Shown here: one piece after another, positions 1 through 12,102 of the stretch | Position numbering within the stretch: position 1 is the first letter of the stretch | How the letters are laid out: every line of letters starts with the position of its first letter | Assembly: GCA_002633005.1 (NCBI GenBank) | Contig: NMRA01000142.1 | Location: 794,823-858,822, forward strand | Length of the DNA: 64,000 nt | DNA from: Phoronis australis | Lineage: Eukaryota; Animalia; Phoronida | Reading direction: 5' to 3' | The notes under the pieces: generated by a model | The model's database searches: none | Told to the model about the DNA's origin: nothing | What the model saw: the letters and a program-made list of their open reading frames with translations, nothing else | Made by a program: the position numbers and the translations under genes

Positions 1-1055
1 AAGTTCATGACTTCATACAGCACAAAACACACTACAGAAGACGGTAGAGACCACACCAAGGATACCAAAAACTAAATGCGGTTTTTATGGTGAACCCTTG
101 GATGTAAGCAGCCTAATCATGCAAATATCCATATGAGACTTTCTGTTGTTCTGTTGACTGTTAGTCAAAGGTCTTTCTATTGGTTGATGGGCAATGAAGT
201 CATCACACCAATCAGAAGAGATGGTCCCATAATGTGTCCGACACACATCTATGGGGGCGCATAATAACTGACGCAAACACAAAGGTGTTTTTAGTGATAA
301 CAACCCCAACTATTGTGTGACATCACTGCTAACAAAAACAGATAAAAACACGGATCACAGCCCTGGTTACTCGATACAGCAATATCGCACTGAAAAATTA
401 TTTAATTCTTTAAATGATATAGATTTTATAAAGGAAAAACAGCACCAAATCCTGTATTGCTGTGCTGTGGTGTGGTGTAAGGCAACATCACTGAAACTGA
501 TGGGACTGGCAGAATGTACATAATGCAACGCACATGGGCTTCAAACTGTCCCAAGAAAGATATCTCAGGGGAAACCGGGGAGGAGTTCAACAGCTGTATT
601 GTGGCGAGAAAAATCTAGCCAAAAGCACGACGTGCTCTCATTGAAAATTCATGGCAATATCTCCCGTAATCTCACAGAGTCTTGCTTCTTTAGCCAGGTT
701 CTAGTGCTACTGAACTCTACCCAAGTTTGACAACAGGCAGTATATCAGTTTGTGGCTTCACTTGATCCAGAGACAATATCAATGTTAGTTAAACCCGACT
801 AATAGTTCTTTCTACAGAGGTAATGACTAAACTACACCACATGCGTAATGTATAATGAGAACATTACCAATTACCATTAGTACCAGCATAATGCAAAATA
901 ATGTAGATTCTCACTTTTGTGATTCCACCAACAGGGTAGTATTAAAGGCAGTAAACTGAATACTGAAATCTGCAGGTGCCTAGTGTTTTAAACAGTCGAT
1001 GCATTATATAGTGTCAGCTACAATGACTTTAATAATCACAGTAAAAGCAAGGGAC

Positions 1056-1087
1056 ATGGTGAGAATTATATCAAATGGACGTAAGAG
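1056..1087 (+). CDS. Probable first coding exon of the GT31 galactosyltransferase (MVRIISNGRK-R)
   Basis: ATG at 1056, strong donor AG|GTAAGT at 1088. The phase-2 donor joins in frame to the phase-2 acceptor at 3129-3130, giving MVRIISNGRKRFKLRGILVIVTVLV..., a basic cytoplasmic tail before the TM helix. The big ORF has no in-frame ATG upstream of its TM segment. Confidence 0.6.
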
Positions 1088-1149
1088 GTAAGTGTTCTAC
1101 TGGTCAGATTACTCTATCCTACGTCTTGTTTAAATGAAACAAAATGTGC

Positions 1150-1228
1150 CTGAATGACATCATGTGGCTACTCTGTGTGTCTGAATGACATCTTGTGGCT
1201 ACTCTGTGTGCGCGTGTGTGTGTGCGTG
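1150..1228. repeat. 31-bp direct repeat x2 ending in a (TG)n microsatellite
   Basis: ctgaatgacatc(a/t)tgtggctactctgtgtg occurs twice in tandem. Confidence 0.85.
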
Positions 1229-1562
1229 ACAGATTCTCTTAGTTTTGACGAGATTGGAGTCTTCAATAGAAAGCAGAACATAAGAATACCTAAAATACAT
1301 CTATGTTCCGCATAATCAAAGGACATACTATATATCTTATTAAAGAGAAAAATGAAATGCAACAGTTAAGTCACATATAAGATGACTATATGCAACCCGG
1401 CATTATTTGAATATATGTTTGCCTCAGTGAATCCATAGTAACCATACAAACAATCCACTGGGCGATCTACCTGGTCCACTAGTAGTGTTCATTTCAAGGT
1501 AAATTTAGAAATTTTGCTCTAAATTGTTTTCCATGCTACTTTAGCAGTTTGAAGTACTTAGC

Positions 1563-1778
1563 ATCATAATGGAACAAAATGCAAGGTCTTGTATTAAGTA
1601 ACCACATACTAATAGAATACAATCATAATACGATGGTACAAAATGCAAGGTCTTGTATTAAGTAACCACATACTAATAGAATACAATCATAATACAATGG
1701 TACAAAATGCAAGGTCTAACAGTCATGCGGATATATTAAGTAAATTCACTACATATTACCAATAGAATACAATCATAC
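1563..1778. repeat. 64-bp tandem repeat, about 3 copies
   Basis: caaaatgcaaggtct recurs at 1575, 1639 and 1703; the third copy is degenerate. Confidence 0.9.
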
Positions 1779-2693
1779 TTATCTAATAGAATGAAACAGC
1801 CACCAGCTGTTAGGCTATTTGGTTATGAAAGAAACATGAACTTAACAATGTCATATCGGGATTACTTTATTTGCTAATTGATATTTATAGACATCAGACG
1901 TGCAAAAAATAATTGAAATCAAGTGTATTTCCTCAATTCTATGCTGTCTACGGAGTGGATCAATTACCGCATCAGCTATGGCTTCAAGACAATAAAACAC
2001 TGGCTAAAATAAATTGATATGTTGTGGACTAATACTGTTGATTTTTCAAACTACTTGGCTTCTGAAATTGAATTCCTTGTAAAAAATTCAGTGAGGACTA
2101 TTTTTACCTGAAGTAATATGACAAAAATTAGCCAAAATAAATACATTAAATTATATATTTTCACCGAAAATCCGTAATTTACCAATTAAAGAAGGGATAT
2201 TATCAACATTCCCATATTTTCATAAACTGTTACTAAGTAGAACCAAATTAAAACTGCCTTTTTCGTTTAAATAACATGGATGTCATCGGATGATGTTTTG
2301 AAAAATTGCGGGCATTCACAACATTAGAAGCTTTTGAAAAGTGATAAAATGTTTAACCTAGCAATTATTTTTGTATGGAATTGGTACAATTTTACCGTAC
2401 ACAATTTCCAAAATGAGTAATTCTATATAGATTCGAGTATTAAAAAGTAACCTGAATCATCGATAGAATCATAAAAATTGGTTCTCTATAAAAACAGTGT
2501 TATCAAACATCAAAATTTTCATTTCGGGAAATTCATGGTCAATCAACCTTATGACTTTTGAATACAAAGAATATAGAAACGAATGGGCAGTCTAAAAGCA
2601 GCCAGATGTTTGGGTCAAGTTCTGTCAATGTCCAATTCACAAGATACACATGCGGGGGCACGTTTTTCTATAACTTGTAAATGAAATGCGTGA

Positions 2694-2764
2694 AAGTAAA
2701 ATACGACGTTTAGATTGTGCCCGCATGCATAATGCCAGCACAATCTAAACGTCGTATTTTACTT
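2694..2764. repeat. Perfect 27-bp inverted repeat with 17-nt loop
   Basis: aagtaaaatacgacgtttagattgtgc ... gcacaatctaaacgtcgtattttactt. Confidence 0.95.
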
Positions 2765-3130
2765 ACAATCTTAAGACGAATGGAATCTTGATGCTTGACG
2801 GAGCATTGCAAGTACTTTCTAGTTCAATAATACTGCTTTCTTATTTACTTAAATTCACTATTAGTAACTAATGAATTAACATGAACAAATTACACCAACT
2901 TAGTATTTAGAGAACTTTGAACTTCATTCATTTCACATGTTCAATCTCAACCATGGATTATTTTGGTTAACACATGTTACGTTTACGTTAAGATGCCATT
3001 AATTATCTGATCATCCCTTAGTAGTTTTCCTGTCTTAGAGCAATGGCTTTGCTACACATGATGCGGACCTGAGTACAAACTTTTTACATTTTAACACAGT
3101 TAAGCAGCTCGCGCTCAATTTGTTTTTTAG

Positions 3131-4100
3131 ATTTAAACTGCGAGGAATTTTAGTCATCGTCACAGTACTGGTAACCTATGTACATTTTTACCAGACGAAC
3201 AAAGGACATGGATCAACCAATCAGAGCCAGTACTTGTCAAGGAGACATAGCAGACGTCAGTCAATGTATCAATTTGTAATCAACCACCCAGACAGCTGTA
3301 CTCAGAGGAACATTTCGTTGGCAATCATAGTGCACAGTAGTGCAACAAACAACAGGCGACGAGAGAGCGTGAGACGTACGTGGGCGACCGTCCGACAGTC
3401 AAATGGTTTCATAATTGGTGTGTATTTCATGCTCGGAATGAAAACTGAACAACAGAAAATGATTATGAAAGAAAACCGTCTGTATCAGGATATCATTCAA
3501 CAAAACTTTGAAGACACATACCGCAACCTCACTTTGAAAAACCAAATGGCAATGCAGTGGACCAGCACATACTGCAAGACGGCCAAGTTTATCATAAAAA
3601 TGGATGATGACGTAATGCTTGACCCGTACCATGTGACCAGATTTTTAACGAAAAAAGACCGGGAAAGTCCTGCAAACTTTCTCTACTGCCATGTCTATTA
3701 TCCCAAGAAACCTCATAGGTGGCACTATTCACCAAAGGGTAAGTGGGCATTAACCTACGATGAATACCCAGATGATAATTTCCCGCTCTACTGCAAGGGT
3801 GCTGCCTACATATTGTCAGCAGACGTACCAGCAAAACTGTGGAAGACCTCTTTTGAGCTACCCATGCTTCATATTGACGACGTGTTTATGACAGGGTTAG
3901 TCGCCAAACTTGCCAACATTACACCGCAACGGTGGACACATCCTCACAGGATGTACGTGCCGTTATCGCGTGTTTACAAGTCCTACGTAGGAATCCACGA
4001 AGCAATGTTTTTCGTTATCGAATCTTGGATCCAGTGGTATAACTGGGATTACGTGTGGTACAAAATACTGGAGTACGAGACAGAAACCTCAGTTCAATAA
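3131..4100 (+). CDS. Beta-1,3-galactosyltransferase-like (CAZy GT31, Galactosyl_T), main coding exon; ~333 aa with the upstream exon
   Basis: Type II TM segment (ILVIVTVLVTYVHFY) and GT31 motifs RRESVRRTW, DIIQQNFEDTYRNLTLK, KMDDD (DxD), FPLYCKGAAYILS, IDDVFMTG. Acceptor ttgttttttag ends at 3130; stop TAA at 4098-4100. Confidence 0.93.
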
Positions 4101-5062
4101 GGGTTACAAGAGCAAAACTCTGTCACATTTACAGAGGAGGAAGGCCTCGATGGTTGGTATACGTAATCAAGTCACCAGACTCCGGAATGGCTAGAGAACA
4201 CCAAATATTACCATGTAATGACCAAAAACTAAGGCCCAGTTGACACATCCAACACTAAAAAAAGCCTGAATGTGAGTGTCTGGCTACGTACGATTCATCT
4301 CCAGACTATTCATGGCTCACTGCACCCAAGGGGTGTAGTATGGGTATTGTCATGGGAAGTAATTGGATGGAACTGGGGTTACATGACTTATGTGTAACAA
4401 AATAGTGGATTAGAAAGCAGGAGCATCGGTTCAATAAGGAACAGCTAGTTAGTTTGCATAACAGAACACAGGGGGCAGCAGTGCTCCCATTAATGACTCT
4501 GACCATGCTGAAGCCCGTTTGTGTTTACGTCTATTACAGTACATAGTGTTGTCATGTATCAGACATCAGCAATATGTATTAACTTGTCAACTTTGTAAAG
4601 GCATCACTGCGAATGAAATAATCCTCCCACAACACGACGATGCCTTCGACGTGGAGACTTTATCTGATAACAATGCCATCACATTAAACCATTGAACATG
4701 TTGCTTATTAGTCTGTACAACCACACTAGCTCCATGACAAAGTTAATATTTCTAAACAAATTTTGTTTGCAATCGTGTTGAAACTCTGTGTGCTCACATT
4801 ATTTGTGTAATACAGCAACAAAAAGCCATCTTTAGTATTTAAGTGTATCTACAACAAGTGTCTCCATCATAACTATAAGATGAAGCCACAGGAAACCGGC
4901 CTAAAGTTACATAACTATGCTGCCGGTGCTTTCTCCATGACATTATTTTGGGGTAATAAGAATAAAATAACATATTTTGGGCGCAGCATCATACGTCTGA
5001 GTGCACAACTAAGTGACAATGACCTGTCAACTACTACAACGAGCCGCAGCAGCAATTCTTAC

Positions 5063-5167
5063 CTTCAATTTATCGACAATAGTGTCCCTCGTTAGGTCAA
5101 TCAAGGTCTGGTCATCCACAGCAAACGCAGGAAAACTTATGATGCTGAGAAGGGCACTGTCAACCTC
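5063..5167 (-). CDS. PHKA: PHKA coding exon 7 (EVDSALLSIISFPAFAVDDQTLIDLTRDTIVDKLK); gene continues beyond the left edge
   Basis: 105 nt, AG/GTAAGA, FPAFA motif. The expected next exon (GRYGC.RFLRDGY-like) was not found in 1-5062. Confidence 0.94.
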
Positions 5168-5659
5168 CTACAGAGTAAAAGATAAATAAAACCAACCAAT
5201 GAAAACTCTCAGTTGTCTCCTGCTTAAAGTGACACAGTCCGCCTCAACACAACCTCAGAGGTTACAGCCCAACATGCTCCTAGATGAGCAAAGCACATTT
5301 AATTGATATCGGTGAATGACAGAATTGGTGATCCACAATAAACATCACAAAACACAATGGATTTTGTTGCTTTATAGTCTCTCCAATCCAACAATTACCA
5401 AAAATGCATTTGTCGGTCATAAAACAAAGTGTGTCCCTATTTAAAGAGACAGGCTTTTTAGAAACCCCCTCCAAGTATAGCGTATAATTTAATTCTGAGG
5501 TGTACACCCTGGATGACATCGACTGCAATCATCTTACAGTTGGCAATCTCGTTCGCTAACACATGACTGACGGACAAAAGACTACCCTTGCATCAAACAG
5601 GCCAACATCATACGGCAAAATCTGAACTTACCTGGTAAGTTATAAGGCCACCTTTTTTG

Positions 5660-5885
5660 AATGATTGATTGATTGACTGGTTTATCTAGCACTCATTAAC
5701 AACAAAACCAATACAATACAATATACTACAATAAAATACTGCATAAAAGACTGACAGATAGACATGGATATAAACTAAAAGATGATAAAAAATAAGACCA
5801 AGGTTCAAGTATAAAATGAAGTAAAAAAGGACATTGGTTCACAGATGAAACGAAAAGGTAGTTCACTTATTTCCATGGTGGTTCG
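5660..5885 (-). mobile_element. Probable 3' end of a CR1/L2-group LINE
   Basis: Minus strand ccaccatggaaataag...cttttc motif, followed by a T-rich stretch and a (TCAA)n tail. Confidence 0.4.
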
Positions 5886-7925
5886 TCAGTTTTGCAAAGA
5901 GGCTAACACTGGACAGCCTCGCTGCACAAATAAAATTGTCATACTTGTCATTTTTCCAACATTCAAAGATTATCAAGTACCTCACTGCAAATTATGGGAA
6001 CTAAACTAAACGTTGTTCTTTAACATCTACACAGTAGAAATCATGCTAACAACAAACTAGCTTAATTTTTATGAAATATATGTCTGATAAGTACAATTTT
6101 ATTTGTCCACTGTATTGCATGGTTACTAGACGAAGAACTATTGTGGGTGAATGACAGACAAGGAACACCCCATAGCACAACATACAATACAGCACAGCGT
6201 ACCTTTGAGTCAGGCTATCTGGGGAAACATGAGCCGCATTTACTTGGGAGACAGCTGTCACGAAGCAACTAACACGGAACAGCTGATTGGGCACAAGTAT
6301 GTGTGTAAACACAACCGACACGGAGCAAGATGATACCGTGGCGGCCATTTTTGACACCGATTTGAGAGGTAGAATGAGTTGCCGTCGATCAGTTGCTCCA
6401 GTGTCAACTACAAGTCTAAACCCGAGGAAAGGGATCATCTTTCAATGGGTTTCAGCAACAGTGTATATATAGGTGATCTGAAAGCATTCCACGTGGATTG
6501 GACGTTGTTTAAGCGAACATGCGCAGACAGTTTTTGTGTAAATGAATCACGCTGATCCAGTTTGCGATCTAATGTCGCGTGAATGCGACTTAAAGTGGAG
6601 CAAGTTGCACCATGAAATCTCACACCGTGACAACTGTTCCTTGTGTAAAAACAGCTAGACTACCTGAGAAACATGGACAATGGCAATCTGCTTAATGAAC
6701 CGTGACTTCAGGCTTACGTCTGAAATTTGGTCATACGTTCCCCACAACTATTTCTCGAAAACAATTTAAAAACCTCACTCGAGCAAACGTGAAATCTCTG
6801 AGAATGTACACACTGTCTAGTTACGGAGATAATTTCTGTAAATTATTTCTGGAATGAGTGAAGCCTGTGTCTTAATGTAGGACTCCACAAAAATGTCCAA
6901 ATTCGGCTTACTTCGGAACATCATATCTCAGAAACCCAAATCGGATACATATGAAACTTTATACTTTGTTCTCCACAAGGCCGTTAGGACTTGATTTTTA
7001 AAAACTCAACTTTTGTATCGTGGACTATCAAAAATAGTACTTTTTATGACTTTCGTGAAACAAGTCATATAAAATGAAAAGGAATAGAAAACTGTAACAG
7101 CGTTTTTAAGATTTCATTTTGAACATTTACATCAAATGAAATTAGGTCACATTATTGATACCGTTGTTCTGCTACCAATATACCTTTAAGTTTCTTTTTT
7201 GCTAAATTTTACCAAAAAGACATGGCCACGTCATCAAATGAATGACAGATTGTTAAAAGCTCAAAAATTAACTTCTGCAGGCTTTCCACTTTCTGAAAAT
7301 ATTTACTTTTACGTAGTTAAAATCTGTTGTTTTGAAGATATTTGGCTAAATACAGACTTGTTGATAAGATCTCATTACCTAAAGTCGCTTTTCATGAAAC
7401 AGAACCCTCTGCCTGGTTACACGAGACAGTCCCAAATAGGGACTCGACTAATTTCCCTAAATCTATTGTGTAATTGTGGACTTGTGAGAACACTGTCCTT
7501 TCTTATGCTGTTTTAGTCTCATTACGTAGTCAACTTTTGGTTTTGATTCAAATCGAGAGTGAACTCGACATTGAATTCTCAATATTATCGAAAATGTATA
7601 GGGACCTTTTCAAGCAATGCTCATACCTTAAGGACAAGGTCCCTATTTATTTTCTTTGAATTCAGGGCTCACTTTTTAGTTACATTATTAGAAAATGTCT
7701 TTAGTCATAGTGGAGATCATAATAAAGATAAAATGACAGAAAAAGATTACATCTGTGAGCAAACAAAGACGCAAATACGCAAAAGATTTAGGGAACTTAG
7801 TTGATTCCTGTTTCATGTAACCCGACACAAGACTGCCTCACAGTAGACAGTCTTGCCTATCAACATATAAATAACTGATGATGAGCTGCGTCTAGGGCAA
7901 CGTAGATCAATTTGGTATACTATAC

Positions 7926-8066
7926 CTTTGAGTTGGACTCTCTGGGTAACATGGACTGTAGGACCGCCTTACACTGGGCGGCTTCGTCAGCTAGCACATG
8001 AATGACTGAAGCAGGACCGCCCCTAGCACCAAATAAATCCAGTTCATCAATGGCCTCGAGAGCAGC
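7926..8066 (-). CDS. PHKA: PHKA coding exon 6 ([47 protein letters not shown])
   Basis: 141 nt, acceptor ttttctttcag, donor GTATAG; LPRES motif. Confidence 0.95.
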
Positions 8067-8972
8067 CTGAAAGAAAATAAGAGTATAGTGTCGTGGCTTT
8101 ATGAGGACGACACAAAATGTGTGTACAGTTAAAGCTCTAGATTAATTTTGTATCTCAGACAATTTAATTGAAAATTTAAATTTTTGGGTGTTTTTCACAG
8201 TTCATTGCTTTTTACAGAATGTGAAAATCAAAGGGTACGGTTACTGGAGCGTAGATTAGCATGATTCAAACCCTTCGATCAACAATCAAGGAAGTGTTAT
8301 CTAGGCGATCGTCTGCTCAGTGAGCTGGCAGTCGATATTGAATCTACGATAACCGGAACTTCTTGCGACTTAAAATGCTATTATAAAGTGATCTCTGTAG
8401 ATAGTATACTCTGCATATTCAGGTTGTGCTGCTTGGATGACCGATATCTCACAATCCGTTGTATATATGACATTTTACATTATACATTTTTCATCCGTAA
8501 AAAGACCATTGATATTATAACCAATAGGTCGCATATGAATGTTTCAGAACATTTGACTGTGGTCATCATATATCTTGTTTTAGCCTCGTTCCAGCCTCTA
8601 GCGTGTAAACAGCTTCATGCAAGCCGAAAATACAGTCACGTTCCTGACTGAATTGACTTCCTCACGTGACTTGATTAGCCTGATAGGTGTAGAATCAGTG
8701 CCACGCATTTACTATGAATGAACACCAGTGCAGTATACGCAGACAGTGAAATTATAAATGTGTCGCTGTTCCCCAGCGGACATCAACATAGAATTAAAAC
8801 TGAAAGAGAATTATTGAGATGAGGGGGATTAATCAATGGAGGGTCAACCTTCATTGCCAAGTTACTTTCTATGACCAGTCACGAACCAGAATAGATCGAA
8901 GCAATCTAGTCTCGGCTATGGCACTAGTCTAATGTCACTCAACACAAAGGCTCTGTTAAGGGTATCACTTAC

Positions 8973-9053
8973 CTTTGCCATACCAATGGAGCTGGCATTG
9001 AGTTCAGGAAGACCATGATTTGTCTTATCCCCTCTCTCCCAAATACCATAGTC
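8973..9053 (-). CDS. PHKA: PHKA coding exon 5 ([27 protein letters not shown])
   Basis: 81 nt, AG/GTAAGT, conserved DYGIWERG motif. Confidence 0.96.
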
Positions 9054-9135
9054 CTGGACAGAAAACAGGAAACAGATATACCATAACCAAACCCACGGCA
9101 CAGTGAGCACGACGTACAACAGTCCTAGCATAAAA

Positions 9136-9259
9136 AACAGCTTATTATTTAAAATGACTTAATATATTAATATAGGGGGCCTCGCTTTTGAGGTCCAAAA
9201 TTCAATTATTTGCCTATGTCATTTTAATAAGAATAAGTCATTTTAAATAATAAGCTGTT
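9136..9259. mobile_element. 124-bp internally deleted TIR element of the same family as 47537-48989
   Basis: TIR aacagcttattatttaaaatgactta / taagtcattttaaataataagctgtt; the interior matches 47560-47632 in reverse. Confidence 0.85.
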
Positions 9260-9786
9260 AAAACTTAATAAGTACCACATTCCTACAACATAATCCTAAA
9301 CCGAAAAAACGAGACACGAATACACGATAATACGGAAAACGGGAAACAAAATTCTCCAAGACAGAAAACAGGGAAGAAATATACCATCATCTGAAATAGA
9401 AAACAAGGACCAAGCAATTTAACATCATACTAATGTTACAAATGAAGTTAGTGTCAAGATACTACCAATTCATGTTATTTCTCTATCAAAAGTGTAATAA
9501 TTAAATTTTAAAAATATCAGAATGAACACTTGGGGCACAAAACAAACACTTTTGGTGATTTGCAAAGACAAGAAAAATGAAACCCCAATAAAAAAACTGC
9601 TCTCAACTTGTACAATGAAAGACAAAAAGTGTTACTGAACTCAATAATACGACCAGCAGCAGTGTCAGCAGATAGCTTCCCATGCCAAACACCAGGTGGA
9701 GCAATTATTACATGACCCAAGGCATATAGTGGCTTAATAAGATGTTATTCTCAGTCAAGTAATAAATTAACTGCATGTCAACTCAC

Positions 9787-9869
9787 CGGAATTCGATAAG
9801 CACTTTCAATATAGAACACCAAGTTTTGTATAAAAGCCACTTCGTCAAGGGTGAAAATGATTTGAAGAC
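9787..9869 (-). CDS. PHKA: PHKA coding exon 4 ([28 protein letters not shown]); not in the ORF track
   Basis: 83 nt, phase 1-0, acceptor tttcag, donor GTGAGT; translated by hand. Confidence 0.95.
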
Positions 9870-11786
9870 CTGAAATGAAGAAACGAAGTTCACAATAAAT
9901 TGCTCGTGACTACAGCAATAAAAGCAATATGAGGCTATCCAGAAACAAGAAATGGACAGAAAACAATCAAGCAAAATTATTTAAAGTCACACGCAGCGAT
10001 AATTAGTCCAAACCAAAATCACAAACTTCAAACCGGAATAAATCAAGAAAGCCGCATTCAATCTTCCTCTTAAAACAACTCCATTCGTTTCGTTTTCATC
10101 ATGCTTAATTTCAAATGAATTAAAAAACGAAAACAAATGGTTCCACCTTCAACCCAAAATCAATACAATAGATTTCAAAGACGGTGCTACCTGCATGAAG
10201 CTTAAATTACAGAGGAGACTCTTGGAAGCGTGTATGTCTCACATCCTGAATACCCAACACTCAAACTGTACTACACCACACTGCTGCACTATTTAGCTAT
10301 TTCCCTCAACTTGGTTAAACTGTGCCTGTACGTAGTTACATACACACGGATGTATTTTTTAAACTTCCTTAACATTCATTTAAAATGTTACTACTTCATA
10401 CGTAAAGACTAACATTTCAGCGCACAAGTCATTTAATACCATTCTGTTGTCCTGTTTGATGTTTTACATCACGACACTCATTTCCTGACTGTACACATGA
10501 TAGTGTTTGCAATTTCAATTCATTTTGCCTTGAGGACTAAAAAAATACAATGCATTTTTTGTATAATGTTTTATGTTCTTTTAGTTGAGGTTTAAACTAT
10601 GTTCAAGATGCCAAGCACATTAGGTGGTTCATTATTTCAATGATTGCGTATTGTGTAGTAGATAAGAAAAGATTACTGATTAGACATGTAAAGGTAAAGA
10701 ACAGCGGTTTGATGAAACGGCGTAGCCTGTATTTGTTAATAAATTGTAAATTGACACACGGAGTTGTAAAGTGCAACAGATGGTCACATGATAGACAGAG
10801 ACAAAGCACTAAGTGTATCCCAAGGCTTGGAGAGGATGATCTCATGCACATATACACTAACCAGCTGGCCTTTGAAAGCAGCTTGTAACAATACACATGC
10901 TAACTGAGATTATCAACATGATTCCTTCGGCTAAGTAACCCAATTCCATGGGTTTCCATACCGGATATCAGCATTAATACATCACCTCAGCTATGACGAC
11001 GCAGTGTCTATTTCATGTTCAAACGCTGGTCGTGAACATTTTAGTAGTAATCACCAATGACTTATCTTAGAATCGCAGAGTTGTAATTATCTAACTACTT
11101 CAAATGTAGAAAGCAGGAAATTATGCGCGTAATGTCCAGCTGTTTCTGCAATTTCACACAAGGCAATCAATAATGCATTAAGTAAAAATAACGCAGCATT
11201 TCCCCCCGTTTAGCTGACTGAGAATGAAAATCTAATAAGGTTTTTACTGTCGTAGAATTGGTCTTACAATATAAATTACTGTGATAAGATCCCATTTCCG
11301 TTATCAACTCAAGACAGAGGCAATGCAAGCAGCACTTAAGAATATGCAGACTAAGCATACATGTAACATTTTGGAGGTCACATGTCTAGGGTTGACCAAT
11401 CCCCACTATGCTCTGAAACATAAGCTTGAGTAGCTGATGGTTTCAATGTTCTTGCTGGTAACAAATATAGAATCCTGTCACGGTTACGAATACTATGACA
11501 CCAGTTAGATGAGAGCAAATCCTCCGATTTGATTTTCGTTTTTTAGCAGGCTAAATTGGGCAAAATGCGGCTTAAACAACGAAGGAAAATAATATTTGGC
11601 ACCAAACCAACACTTGAACACAGGCCACAGTCTCCGTTATCCTTGTACGACAAGGAAACAAAACACGAACACTAAAAGTCTTAAACACGAAATATTTTCT
11701 ATTTCATTTCGTGCCGTTTCCAATGTTTCACACAGAAACACAAACACAACACTGCTTACACCTGCCGTACGCGAGGATCAACCTAC

Positions 11787-12003
11787 CTGAAGCCGTCATC
11801 TGAGACAAGGTGAGTAAGAACAGGGAAGTGGCGTCAATCTGCAGGTGACCCCAGTTGTGGTCGCCTACGACAGCGCAACAGTCACGTGACGAGTACTTGG
11901 CATGCAGCGCGTCCCCGGGCGCCTGCGAGGACTTGAACCTCTCCAACTTGTCTACCTGCTGCATCATAGACCGCAGAAGTCCCCGCATTAACTTTACCAC
12001 ACT
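11787..12003 (-). CDS. PHKA: PHKA coding exon 3 ([10 protein letters not shown]...LHAKY...[23 protein letters not shown])
   Basis: 217 nt, AG/GT flanked, phase 0-1, conserved WGHLQIDA motif. Confidence 0.96.
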
Positions 12004-12026
12004 CTGCAACAAGCGACGGTGAAGCT

Positions 12027-12102
12027 TTATTTATTTATTATTGTGATATTTAAAATGAGGGTGGCCTCTTCAGTGATAGCACTGCTTTCCAAGAGGGCCC
12101 TC
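12027..12102 (-). mobile_element. Short 5'-truncated retroposon 3' end (L2-like) with (TAAA)n tail
   Basis: Minus strand gagggccctcttggaaagcagtgc...actgaagaggccaccctc...aataataaataaataaa, flanked by aagct on both sides. Confidence 0.55.

Noticed and set aside
1563-1778. Repeat array as possible CRISPR
   Set aside because: Contiguous tandem units with no unique spacers, eukaryotic context, no cas genes.
3120-3130. TTG start given by the ORF track for the GT31 gene
   Set aside because: Eukaryotic locus; this stretch is a polypyrimidine tract plus AG acceptor.
5625-5641. aacttacctggtaagtt resembling the U1 snRNA 5' end
   Set aside because: Only a short palindrome; the following sequence does not match U1.
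10640-10888. 82-aa ORF with RR...L...KLTHGVV reminiscent of a LINE ORF2 C-terminus
   Set aside because: Similarity too weak to call; no splice or other support as a gene.
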